Shown here one piece after another: positions 1-8,541 of a stretch of DNA of 22,747 nt. The notes beneath the pieces are model-generated. The model searched no databases and was not told the DNA's origin. It saw nothing but the letters and a program-made list of their open reading frames with translations. The stretch comes from Trueperaceae bacterium. GTDB lineage: Bacteria; Deinococcota; Deinococci; Deinococcales; Trueperaceae. Both the position numbers and the translations under genes were made by a program. Location: positions 1-22,747 of the forward strand of contig DASSXV010000068.1 in assembly GCA_035703635.1 (NCBI GenBank). The letters are read 5' to 3'. Numbering within the stretch: the first letter of the stretch is position 1; every line of letters begins with the position of its first letter.

Positions 1-1
1 C

Positions 2-577
2 AATCACTTCATCCATACCGCCATCGACGCCGCCCGCACGATTCGTGAGCGCGCAACGCTCCCTTGGCAGAGAATCGAGCGCATCGACCTTGGCGTGGCG
101 GGCGCCACGCTGCGCACCATCGCCGAGCCGCGCGCCGCCAAAATCCGACCCGAAAGCGGCTACGCTGCCCGCTTCTCCGCCCCGTTCACCGTAGCAACGG
201 CGCTGTTGTCTAGCGGGCACGGCTTGGGCCTAGACCTGGAAGACTTCGAGGACGCGGCCGTTACGGATCCCGACAGGCTCGCGTTGGCCGAGCAGGTTCA
301 CTGCTACGCCGACCGAGAATGCGAAGCGCTGTTCCCGCACCAGTTCCCCTGCCGCCTGACCGTGCGCTACGACGACGGCTCGACCATCGAGGAGTGGGTG
401 CCAACGAACCGCGGTGGCAGTGCCCGCCCTCTCAGCGAACCCGAGGTCCTACAGAAGTTCCGCTCCAACGTCGCGCGCGCCGCTAACGGACGCGACTTCT
501 CTCTGGCGGAGAGCTACCTAGCTAGCCTGGAACAGCTTGATGAGGTGCGGCCACTGCTCATGGCGCTCGGCACGTAG
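2..577 (+). CDS. MmgE/PrpD family protein, C-terminal part (5' truncated by the window edge)
   Basis: The frame is open from base 2 (NHFIHTAIDAARTIR...) into the listed 95..577 ORF. Motifs HTAIDAA, ARFSAPFTVA, FPCRLTV and RGGSARPLSEPEVLQKF are typical of MmgE/PrpD C-terminal domains. Confidence 0.85.
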   Translation, partial: NHFIHTAIDAARTIRERATLPWQRIERIDLGVAGATLRTIAEPRAAKIRPESGYAARFSAPFTVATALLSSGHGLGLDLEDFEDAAVTDPDRLALAEQVHCYADRECEALFPHQFPCRLTVRYDDGSTIEEWVPTNRGGSARPLSEPEVLQKFRSNVARAANGRDFSLAESYLASLEQLDEVRPLLMALGT

Positions 578-706
578 GGCTGCCCTCGTACGCCCACCCC
601 TTTACCCCAATAGTGAGTACGACCGCTCTCATCCGTCATCCTCTCGGCTTGGCTGCGGCGCTAACATCAAGACCGTAAACCACAATCTGAAGGGAAGTGG
701 TGCCAC

Positions 707-2407
707 ATGCGAAGCCCTCCTAGGTCAGTTGTCTTAACGGTCTGCCTCTTCGTGGCGTTGGCGGTGGGGCCGGCGTTCGCCAAGTCGCCCGCACCCGTGC
801 AAGCCAAGAACGGGATGGTCGTCACCGCCCAGCACCTTGCCAGTCAGGTTGGGCTCGACGTGCTGCAGCAAGGCGGCAACGCCGTCGACGCTGCCGTCGC
901 CGTCGGCTACGCCCTCGCCGTAACCCTACCGAGTTCCGGGAACATCGGCGGCGGCGGCTTCATGCTCGTGCACACCGCCGCGGGCGAGGACATCTTCATC
1001 AACTTCCGCGAGAAGGCGAGCCTCAACGCCACGAGGGACATGTACCTAGACGCGGATGGCAACGTCATCTCCGGCGCCAGCACGCAGTCGTGGCTCGGCA
1101 TCGGCGTTCCAGGCACCGTCATGGGCCTCGAGTACGCTCGCGAGCACTACGGCACCATGAGCCGCGAAGCGCTCCTCGCCCCGGCCATCTCGTTGGCGCG
1201 CGACGGCTTCGTGCTCGTGCCGGGTGACGACATCCTCAACGTTCCGCTCGATGCCTTCCGCGCGGAGGAAAACGTGGCCGCCATCTTCCTCAAGGACGGC
1301 GAGCGCTACCAAGCTGGCGACACCATAGTGCAGTCGCAGCTCGCCGCCACCCTGCAGGCGATCTCTGACGGGGGCACAGACGCGTTCTACAAGGGCGCGA
1401 TCGCGGACGCCGTCGTCGCCGCTAGTGAAGCGAACGGCGGCATCCTAAGCAAGGAAGACTTCGAGAACTACGCCGTGGCAGAGTACGACCCGGTCACCTG
1501 CAATTACCGCGGTTACGACGTGATCTCTTCGCCGCCACCCAGCTCAGGCGGCACCATCATCTGCGAGATCCTGAACATCCTCGAGGGCTACCCCATCGGC
1601 TACTTGGGCTTCAACTCGGCCCAAACCGTGCACTTCATGACCGAGGCCATGCGCCACGCGTACGTCGACCGCAACACGTACCTTGGCGACCCAGAGTTCG
1701 TCGAGAACCCACTCGAGCGGCTCCTCTCCAAGGATTACGCAGCCCAGATCCGGGCGAAGATCGTCGGCAACCGCGCCACGCTCTCGACGGATGTCATGCC
1801 AGGCACACCGCCGCACGAGGGCACGAACACGAACCACTACTCCATCGTCGACGCCGCCGGCAACGCGGTGGCCGTCACCTACACGCTCAACCTCAGCTTC
1901 GGCGTCAAGAAGATCGCCGGCGACACCGGTTTCCTCCTCAACAACGAGCTCGACGACTTCACCGTCAAGCCGGGCGTGCCGAACGCTTACGGGCTCGTCC
2001 AGGGTGAGGCAAACGAGGTCGCGCCGGGCAAGACGCCGCTTTCCTCCATGTCGCCGACCGTCATCACCAAGGACGGCGAGGTCTTCATGGTGACGGGCAG
2101 CCCCGGGGGCTCGCGCATCATCACCATCACGCTCGAGTCGATCATGAACGTCATCGACCACGGCATGGACGTCCAGGAGGCTATCGACGCGCCGCGCATC
2201 CACCACCAGTGGCTGCCTGACGTGCTGTACGCGGAGAAGTACGCGCTGTCGGCCGACACGCGCGCCATCCTCGAGGCGATGGGCCACGTCATCCAAGAAG
2301 GCGGTGCGTGGGGCTCCGCCGAGGCGATCATCAGGAACCTGACGACCGGCGTCCTGTCCGGCGCCAATGACAGCCGCAGGCCGCAAGGGGCGGCGCTGGG
2401 GTACTAG
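707..2407 (+). CDS. ggt: Gamma-glutamyltransferase (exported, Ntn-hydrolase)
   Basis: Signal peptide (AFA-K). GGNAVDAAVA, GNIGGGGF, FREKA, PPPSSGG, autoprocessing site T-N-HYSIVD...AVTYTLN, LNNELDDF, lid loop with Tyr (PNAYGL), PLSSMSP and GSPGGSRI. Confidence 0.96.
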   Translation: MRSPPRSVVLTVCLFVALAVGPAFAKSPAPVQAKNGMVVTAQHLASQVGLDVLQQGGNAVDAAVAVGYALAVTLPSSGNIGGGGFMLVHTAAGEDIFINFREKASLNATRDMYLDADGNVISGASTQSWLGIGVPGTVMGLEYAREHYGTMSREALLAPAISLARDGFVLVPGDDILNVPLDAFRAEENVAAIFLKDGERYQAGDTIVQSQLAATLQAISDGGTDAFYKGAIADAVVAASEANGGILSKEDFENYAVAEYDPVTCNYRGYDVISSPPPSSGGTIICEILNILEGYPIGYLGFNSAQTVHFMTEAMRHAYVDRNTYLGDPEFVENPLERLLSKDYAAQIRAKIVGNRATLSTDVMPGTPPHEGTNTNHYSIVDAAGNAVAVTYTLNLSFGVKKIAGDTGFLLNNELDDFTVKPGVPNAYGLVQGEANEVAPGKTPLSSMSPTVITKDGEVFMVTGSPGGSRIITITLESIMNVIDHGMDVQEAIDAPRIHHQWLPDVLYAEKYALSADTRAILEAMGHVIQEGGAWGSAEAIIRNLTTGVLSGANDSRRPQGAALGY

Positions 2408-2451
2408 CGACCAGCTAGCCTTCGCTGCGTAGTAGCGCTCACCAGCGCCAC

Positions 2452-2498
2452 GCAGGAACCCGCGGCGCACCAATTCGGGGTGCGCCGCGGGTTTCTGC
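2452..2498. terminator. Probable bidirectional intrinsic terminator between convergent ggt and the PIG-L gene
   Basis: 20-bp stem gcaggaacccgcggcgcacc (2452-2471) / ggtgcgccgcgggtttctgc (2479-2498) with one G-T pair and a 7-nt loop, located between two stop codons. Confidence 0.8.
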
Positions 2499-2545
2499 CT
2501 TGATCGCCGATCGCGGCTAGTCAGAACTCTTCGGCCAACTCGAGA

Positions 2546-4792
2546 TCAGTCGGCCAGCGTCAGCCGCCCCCACAGGTACGGCAGGAACTGCTTGCCCCCC
2601 AAGTTGAAGGACGCCCAGCTGATGCTGCTCTCGCGGATGTTGGCGCCTTCTCCCGCGTCAGCGAGGTCGCCGTCGAAGATCGTGACGTCGAAGTTGAACG
2701 GCTGGCCAACGGCTGGCTTGCCGCCCGGCATCTCGCTCCACGGGATACTGACTTCTACGTCGTAGCCAAGGTCGGTCTTCGCGGAAGCGAAGCGCGTCAA
2801 TGGCGCCGTTAGGTCGGCGTCGCCTTGGTTGGCGTCGCCGTCGCGCGCAGCTATGGCCTCGAAGCCAGCCAGCGTGCATGGGAACACGCCTAGTTGAAAG
2901 ACGGTCGAGGTGTCTTGGCTAGCGCCGCTCGGGTCGACGGAGACGAAGAGGGCGTCCGAGCGGTGGAAGCCGCGGGGGTTGTTAGCGGCGATGTTGCACA
3001 CGACCGTCTGGTCCGTCACGGACACGCCAACGTACAGCGCCTCGTCCGTGTACGCCACGTAAACAGTGCCGCTGGAGTCGGCGTCATCGTCGGCTTTGCC
3101 CTGCCAGGTGTCCAGGTGCGAGATCTGGAAGCTGGAGGCGGCTGCGAGGTCGGAAAGGTCGCCGTCAACGACGATGGTGGCGGCCGGCTCGACCGCTAGG
3201 GTCGGGAGTACGTATGCGTCCGCGGAATCGGTGCTCGTAGCGCCGCCCACGGTAGCGGTGACGGTAACAGGCACGATGCCAGAGTGACGCCCTGCGGGGA
3301 GCGCCTCATCGGTCACGTTCAACTGCACCGTGACGGTGTCGGCGCTGGTGGGCGCGAGCGTGAACTCCGCGTTGTTCGCAACGGTAACGCCAGCAGGCAA
3401 GTCGAAGGTCAAGTTGCCAGTGACTTCCGCCGCACCGCGGTTGGTGACGGTGATAGACACGTCATTGGCGGCCCCGATATGCAGGGGGAGGCGCGTCGGC
3501 AGGCGCTGGATGACCTGTTGCGTGTGAGTCTCCGCCGCGAAGGTGCGGTAGCCAGCCACGTCGAAGAGCGGCTCAAAAGCCACCTCGACGGGCGCAACGA
3601 TGCGCACCCAACCAACGTTGCTTCCCGCCACGTCGAGCCCGCCCTGCACGGCTTGGTAGCTACCGGTGAGGGTTACGGCAGCGTCTGCATATGCGCTCTC
3701 GGGGGCGACGACCGAGAAGGTGGCCGTTACGGTCTCACCCGAGGCGGCGGCAACGGCGCTCTGCCCTTGCGTGGTCGTGACTTGCCAACCGTCAGGGGCG
3801 GTCAGGTCAAGGCTCAGGTCGCTCATGGGGAGGTCAGTGCCGTTGACGAACGTCACCGTTACCGGCAGCGCCACTCCGTCAGCCGCCTCGTACGAGGCTG
3901 GCGCGACTTCGAGGCGAACGCCGGCTGGCGAGCGCCCAGCAGGTTCCAGCGCGCCCTCGAGCAGGCTTGCCTCGTTCGCCGAGACGGGCACGCGCGAGCG
4001 GATGAGCATGAACTGCGACGGCCGCGGGTTTTCGACGGGCACGGTACGGAACTGGTCCCAGCCCTGCGTGCGGTAGATGCGCTGCGCGAGAGCTGCGATG
4101 TCGGCGTAGGTCATGTCCGCCGCGCGCGAGAAGTCGTCAGATGGAATCGACGTGGTCGGCAGCGTTTCGCTGCTGCCGCCGTAGTACAGCTTGAGGGGGG
4201 TGAACGGCTGGAGGTACTCGTCGCTGATCTGCGCCGGGCACATCGCCGGGTCGCCGGCGCGGTCGAAGGCGATGGTGGCCGCACGCCCGGCTTCTTGGTG
4301 GTTCCCGTGAGTGCCAGGACCCGGCCACATGGTGACGATCACTTCTGGGCGGCGGAGGCGCACGAGGCGCACGACGTCGCAGATGAACTCGTCCCCACCC
4401 CACTTAGCGAGCGTCTCCTCGGCCGAGAGAGTGAAGTAGAAGTCCTGCAGGCCTAGCCAATGCGGCGAGTCAACGCCGATCAAGCCAAGCGCGATCCGCT
4501 CCTCCTCTTGCCTGATGAGGCCAAGGGAGCGACCGAGTTCGGGTCCGGTGGCGTTCGAGCCGCCCTCACCGCCGGTCAGGGTCACGACGGTGCCCTGGTA
4601 ACCTTCATCGAGGATGTAGCGGGCGAACGTGGTCATTATGCTGCCGTCGTCGTCAGGGTGCGCGCCGACGAACATGAAGTCCACGTCCATCAAGTCGAGG
4701 CTGCTCCGCGTGCCGGAGTAGGAGCCTTGCGCGGCTGCGAACGCGAGGGCGCAGCCGACCAGCACGGCAACGAGCCTTCTAGAAAACGCCAT
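2546..4792 (-). CDS. Exported PIG-L/LmbE-family deacetylase with NEW3/Ig-like domains and a C-terminal CBM9-like sugar-binding domain
   Basis: Signal peptide (AAA-Q). VGAHPDDD, TLTGGEGG, IRQEEE and THGNHQEAG are PIG-L motifs. LTAPDGWQV...TATFSV is NEW3-like. IVVDGDLSDL...YVAYTDEALYVGVSVTD...YDVEVSIPW is CBM9-like. SD ggaagga upstream. Confidence 0.85.
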   Translation of the reverse strand: MAFSRRLVAVLVGCALAFAAAQGSYSGTRSSLDLMDVDFMFVGAHPDDDGSIMTTFARYILDEGYQGTVVTLTGGEGGSNATGPELGRSLGLIRQEEERIALGLIGVDSPHWLGLQDFYFTLSAEETLAKWGGDEFICDVVRLVRLRRPEVIVTMWPGPGTHGNHQEAGRAATIAFDRAGDPAMCPAQISDEYLQPFTPLKLYYGGSSETLPTTSIPSDDFSRAADMTYADIAALAQRIYRTQGWDQFRTVPVENPRPSQFMLIRSRVPVSANEASLLEGALEPAGRSPAGVRLEVAPASYEAADGVALPVTVTFVNGTDLPMSDLSLDLTAPDGWQVTTTQGQSAVAAASGETVTATFSVVAPESAYADAAVTLTGSYQAVQGGLDVAGSNVGWVRIVAPVEVAFEPLFDVAGYRTFAAETHTQQVIQRLPTRLPLHIGAANDVSITVTNRGAAEVTGNLTFDLPAGVTVANNAEFTLAPTSADTVTVQLNVTDEALPAGRHSGIVPVTVTATVGGATSTDSADAYVLPTLAVEPAATIVVDGDLSDLAAASSFQISHLDTWQGKADDDADSSGTVYVAYTDEALYVGVSVTDQTVVCNIAANNPRGFHRSDALFVSVDPSGASQDTSTVFQLGVFPCTLAGFEAIAARDGDANQGDADLTAPLTRFASAKTDLGYDVEVSIPWSEMPGGKPAVGQPFNFDVTIFDGDLADAGEGANIRESSISWASFNLGGKQFLPYLWGRLTLAD

Positions 4793-4911
4793 TGTTAGTC
4801 CTTCCGAAAGTGAGTCCGTACCTCATGAGACCGCCCCCCGGACGTTCTCTCGGCACCTGCTGTCCCTCCTTCCGAAGCCGGACGTTGGCGCTAAAAAGTA
4901 CGCCCTACTTC

Positions 4912-4966
4912 TGTCATGGCTTATGAAAAGCTATAACATATCGGGGCTGTTAGCCTTCATGAAGGC
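4912..4966. promoter_or_regulatory. AT-rich putative promoter/operator region upstream of the PIG-L gene
   Basis: TTAT-N8-ATAA dyad (4921-4936) and a perfect 14-bp palindrome gccttcatgaaggc (4953-4966) in a non-coding AT-rich patch. Confidence 0.4.
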
Positions 4967-5066
4967 GATTCAGTTGTTAGGTGCTATGGCTGTGTCAGGA
5001 TGCCTTATGGCTCGCGACTACAGGAAGTGGTTGCCTGTCAAGGGCTGCTCCACCCGAGTCTGTTGC

Positions 5067-5876
5067 TCAGTCGGCGGCCTCCGCTACGACCGTGTTGGTC
5101 AGGTCGCCAATCCTAGAGATGGAAACCGTCACAACGTCACCATCGACCAACCAGCGCTGCGGCTTGCGGCCCATCCCTACCCCTTGCGGCGTTCCGGTGA
5201 GGATCACAGTTCCTGCCTGCAAGGTCGTACCTGCGCTGAGAAACGCAATCAGGTCGGGGACGTCGAAGATCAGATCGCTCGTCGGAGAGTCTTGCATTAC
5301 CTCGCCGTTGATGGTGGTGCGAACATGAAGTTGGCTCGGATCCGGGATCTCATCCGCCGTAACCAGCACTGGCCCGAGCGGACAGAAGGTATCGAATGAC
5401 TTGCCGTACGACCATTGTCCGCCGCCCTTCTCGAGCTGCCAGTCCCGCGCACTTACGTCGTTTGCAACGGTATAGCCAAGAACGTAGTCCAGAGCGTCAG
5501 CTCGTGAAACGTCCTTGCAGGTGCGGCCGATCACTACTGCGAGTTCAACTTCGTAATCGACTTTGGTGCAAGGTTGGCCAGCTGGCAGCAATATTGGCGC
5601 GTCTGGACCTTGAACGCAAGAAACCGTCTTGTGGAACAGAATCGGGTACTTGGGTAGTTCCATTCCAGATTCGATGGCATGTTGGCGGTAGTTGAGCCCA
5701 ATTGCCAGTATGGCTGTCGGCACCAAGGGGGCCAGGCGTCGAACAATCTCGACACGCTGGCCCGTCACCTCGAACGCGGAGGTCAAGGCGCCGTCAATAG
5801 CAAGGGTGCTTCCGTCCGCCTGAAGGGCGGCGTGCACGATGGAACCGTCCGAAGTCAGGCCTCGAATAATCTGCAT
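5067..5876 (-). CDS. Fumarylacetoacetate hydrolase (FAH) family protein
   Basis: AIGLNYRQH, PILFHK, VDYEVELAVVIG, GYTVANDVSARD, GKSFDTFCPLGP and ILTGTPQGVG. SD gaaggag favours the ATG at 5876 over the TTG at 5879. Confidence 0.93.
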   Translation of the reverse strand: MQIIRGLTSDGSIVHAALQADGSTLAIDGALTSAFEVTGQRVEIVRRLAPLVPTAILAIGLNYRQHAIESGMELPKYPILFHKTVSCVQGPDAPILLPAGQPCTKVDYEVELAVVIGRTCKDVSRADALDYVLGYTVANDVSARDWQLEKGGGQWSYGKSFDTFCPLGPVLVTADEIPDPSQLHVRTTINGEVMQDSPTSDLIFDVPDLIAFLSAGTTLQAGTVILTGTPQGVGMGRKPQRWLVDGDVVTVSISRIGDLTNTVVAEAAD

Positions 5877-5894
5877 CAAAACTCCTTCTGCGCG

Positions 5895-7325
5895 TCAACT
5901 ATTGCGCGCAAGCTCACCAATTGTCGCTAAACATGCATCTCGGATGGCTTCATGGCAACCGCGATCCAGCGGCGTTTGCCACACTTCGTACATGTCGTAG
6001 TCGTACAACTCGCTAGGCGGCAAATAGCCGATTGAACCGTTGGTTACGTTCATCACGATAATGCGGTAATCAGGAAACGCTGACCTCAGATCCCTTTGCA
6101 GCGCGGTGAACGCTTCGCCGGGGTACCCGACAATGAAAGAGTCGCCCACCTTCCACACCCACACCGAGAAACGGTAGGTGTCGGCGTCCCCCAAGGTGCG
6201 CCGTAACCGGGCCTTTCGGGACCAGCGCTCTATGAGGTAAGGTTCCACGGCGGCAGCCAGTTCCCGATTGATCACTTCTAGGGTCGGATAATCGCTCTTG
6301 ACAGGCAGTGAGAGCTCGACCCTGCGTGCAGTAACGCCACGTGACGCTTCAGAAGCTGGCCGCGAACGCCACACGCCAAGCGGCGCGCCCGACTCGACGA
6401 CGCCCTCATATACCAGGTCTCTTCCCGGCTCGAGCATCCCCTCCAAGGTGGAGCAAACCGCCAAGCCCAGGCGCCTGCCGTGCTTGTCGGCCACCGCGAC
6501 GTCGCCTTCGTACTGCCAGGCTGGCGCCATCTCGCCAGCAGCCCCTAGAAGGAACATGCACGGGGCGCCGTCCGTCGCCGCCTCGACGGTCTCACGCATT
6601 GCGCCGATGTAATCAGGAGAGAGTTTCGTGTTGTCCCACGCCAGAGTCGTCGGATGGCACGCGTAGTTGACGACGGTGGCCAACTGCTTGCCGTCGCGAT
6701 CGGTTAACCGACCGACCATCAGTGTGTCGTCAGCGGGTCCGTGCGGGTGGTATCCCGTTAGGTAACGGCCGCCAGCTGGGTCGGGCAGGCTGCGTTGGGT
6801 GGCGAGGTCGCTACGCCCAGTGGCCCACACTAGTTCGCAATCCGCAATGGCCGCGAGTGCCTGGCGGCTGGCGTCCACGATCTGCGAACGCACCAGCTCG
6901 AGATACGGGGCAATTAGATGACCACCAGGCTTGCCTGCGTTCCCGATCGCTATGGACGGTCCGGCGTGCGTGTGGGACAAGCTGATCATTACGGCGGCCG
7001 GATCGAGGTCGAGCGCCTCAAGTACGCTTCCACGAACGAACTTCTCATCGGCCCCGTCCTGCCACCACCCAGCGTCTACGGCAACCAACACCACGGGTCG
7101 TGCGTTTGCGTTCTCGCGCAGCACCAAAGCCGTGACGCTAAACGGGCGGTGGACGCCGTCCGCGTTGTCTTTAAGCGCTGCGCCCCAGCTCCGAAAATAG
7201 ATATCTACGGGCGGCGTGATGTCGCGCCGCGCTACGCCAGCCTGCACATGCACGCGCGTGAAGAGCCGCGACTTCGGGGTGGGCGTTGGTTGCAAGCGTA
7301 CCGCCGAACTGACTTGGTCACTCAT
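5895..7325 (-). CDS. Neutral/alkaline ceramidase-like metal-dependent amidohydrolase, substrate unknown
   Basis: AGVARRDITPP, SLSHTHAGP, VVNYACHPT, LSPDYIG, FLLGAAGE, GYPGEAF and IGYLPP...YE motifs. No signal peptide. Confidence 0.75.
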   Translation of the reverse strand: MSDQVSSAVRLQPTPTPKSRLFTRVHVQAGVARRDITPPVDIYFRSWGAALKDNADGVHRPFSVTALVLRENANARPVVLVAVDAGWWQDGADEKFVRGSVLEALDLDPAAVMISLSHTHAGPSIAIGNAGKPGGHLIAPYLELVRSQIVDASRQALAAIADCELVWATGRSDLATQRSLPDPAGGRYLTGYHPHGPADDTLMVGRLTDRDGKQLATVVNYACHPTTLAWDNTKLSPDYIGAMRETVEAATDGAPCMFLLGAAGEMAPAWQYEGDVAVADKHGRRLGLAVCSTLEGMLEPGRDLVYEGVVESGAPLGVWRSRPASEASRGVTARRVELSLPVKSDYPTLEVINRELAAAVEPYLIERWSRKARLRRTLGDADTYRFSVWVWKVGDSFIVGYPGEAFTALQRDLRSAFPDYRIIVMNVTNGSIGYLPPSELYDYDMYEVWQTPLDRGCHEAIRDACLATIGELARNS

Positions 7326-7337
7326 GTGTTGACTGCC

Positions 7338-8516
7338 TCACCAATCCCCGACGCTGCCGTCGGCGTTGAACGACCGCTGCAGGATCTCCTGCTCGAACGG
7401 GTGCTTCGCGATCTCGGCCTCGTTCAGCTCTACGCCGAGCCCAGGCTTGCGGTTGGGTCGCACGATGCGACCCTCCTTCTCAACCGTGAACCCTTCCTGG
7501 ACAACGTCTGCACGCCAAGGGACGTCGCCATGGACGGTTTCACAGATGACGTAACTGGGTTGCGAGAACCCGAACTCGAGGGACGCGGCCGTGCTGACGG
7601 GCCCCTGCGGATTGTGCGGCGCAAGGGCAATCCGGTAGGCCTCGGCTAGGGCGGCGATGCGTCGCGCCTCGCTGAACCCACCACAGTGCGTGATGTCGAA
7701 CTGAACAACGTCGCACCCTTGTGCAGCGAACAAGTCGCGAAAGGCGGCTAAGTGAGTTAGACGTTCGCCCGTGGCTACCGGCGTCGTGAGCGATGCCCGA
7801 ATGTCGGCCAAGCCCTGCAAGGCCTCCGGCCAGCACGGCTCCTCGAAGAAGTAGAGGCCATAAGGCTCGAGCGCTTGACCGAACTTCATGCCCATGGCAG
7901 GGGATGGGCGTGCGTGGCAATCGACCATAATGTCGATGTCGTCACCAACCGCCTCGCGCATAGCCGAAACGTTGGCCTCGGCGTAGCGGATGGGCTTTAG
8001 GCCTTCAAGCGGCATAGTCTCGGGTACGGCCATGGCCTTGAAGGCAGTGAAACCGTCGGCAACCGCCGCGCGGGCCAAATCAGCGAAGCGTTCGGCGTCG
8101 TCAGGGCGAGTCCCGTAGAAGTCTTCCATGCGGCCGCCGCCCAGGTGCGAGTAGGTGCGGATGTAGTCGCGTACTGGCCCTCCCCAGAGCTGCGAGCATG
8201 GCACGCCAGCAACTTTGCCTGCTATGTCCCAGAGCGCCAAGTCGATTCCGGCGATGGCGGTCGAGCGTACGATGCCGTTGCCGTGCCAGAAATGCTGGCG
8301 GTACATCATCTGCCACAGGTACTCGACGCGGGTCGGGTCCTCGCCGATAAGTAGTTGCGAGAGGTCTTCGACTGCGCCAACGACCGAGCGCGTGTGCCAC
8401 TCGAGAGTGGCCTCGCCCCAACCGTAAAGGCCGTCCTGGTCCGTGATTACCTTGACGAACACCCAGTTACGCATGCGCGCGTTGCACACGAACGTCTCAA
8501 TGGCCGTGATCTTCAT
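7338..8516 (-). CDS. dgoD: Galactonate dehydratase-like enzyme (mandelate racemase subgroup, enolase superfamily)
   Basis: MKITAIETF...[27 protein letters not shown] (DgoD-type D-x-H), EEP, TGER, DITHCGG and APHNPQGP. True substrate uncertain because dgoK/dgoA are not in the window. Confidence 0.8.
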   Translation of the reverse strand: MKITAIETFVCNARMRNWVFVKVITDQDGLYGWGEATLEWHTRSVVGAVEDLSQLLIGEDPTRVEYLWQMMYRQHFWHGNGIVRSTAIAGIDLALWDIAGKVAGVPCSQLWGGPVRDYIRTYSHLGGGRMEDFYGTRPDDAERFADLARAAVADGFTAFKAMAVPETMPLEGLKPIRYAEANVSAMREAVGDDIDIMVDCHARPSPAMGMKFGQALEPYGLYFFEEPCWPEALQGLADIRASLTTPVATGERLTHLAAFRDLFAAQGCDVVQFDITHCGGFSEARRIAALAEAYRIALAPHNPQGPVSTAASLEFGFSQPSYVICETVHGDVPWRADVVQEGFTVEKEGRIVRPNRKPGLGVELNEAEIAKHPFEQEILQRSFNADGSVGDW

Positions 8517-8541
8517 TCAGCGCCCCTTGCGAGTCGCGCGC

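Noticed and set aside
1544-2473. 309-aa minus-strand ORF
   Set aside because: Antisense shadow of ggt, caused by high-GC codon bias; no recognisable motifs.
3284-4456. 390-aa plus-strand ORF
   Set aside because: Antisense to the PIG-L gene; Arg/Gly-rich non-protein-like composition.
4793-4900. Possible glycine or cobalamin riboswitch in the PIG-L leader (cggaagga, caggtgcc and ggactca fragments)
   Set aside because: Core elements are missing or out of order (no GGAGA...CCGAAG arrangement, no B12 box). An Rfam scan would settle it.
4923-5399. 158-aa plus-strand ORF starting in the AT-rich intergenic region
   Set aside because: Mostly antisense to the FAH gene, with no SD and no motifs.
6918-7649. 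243-aa plus-strand ORF
   Set aside because: Antisense across two well-supported genes.
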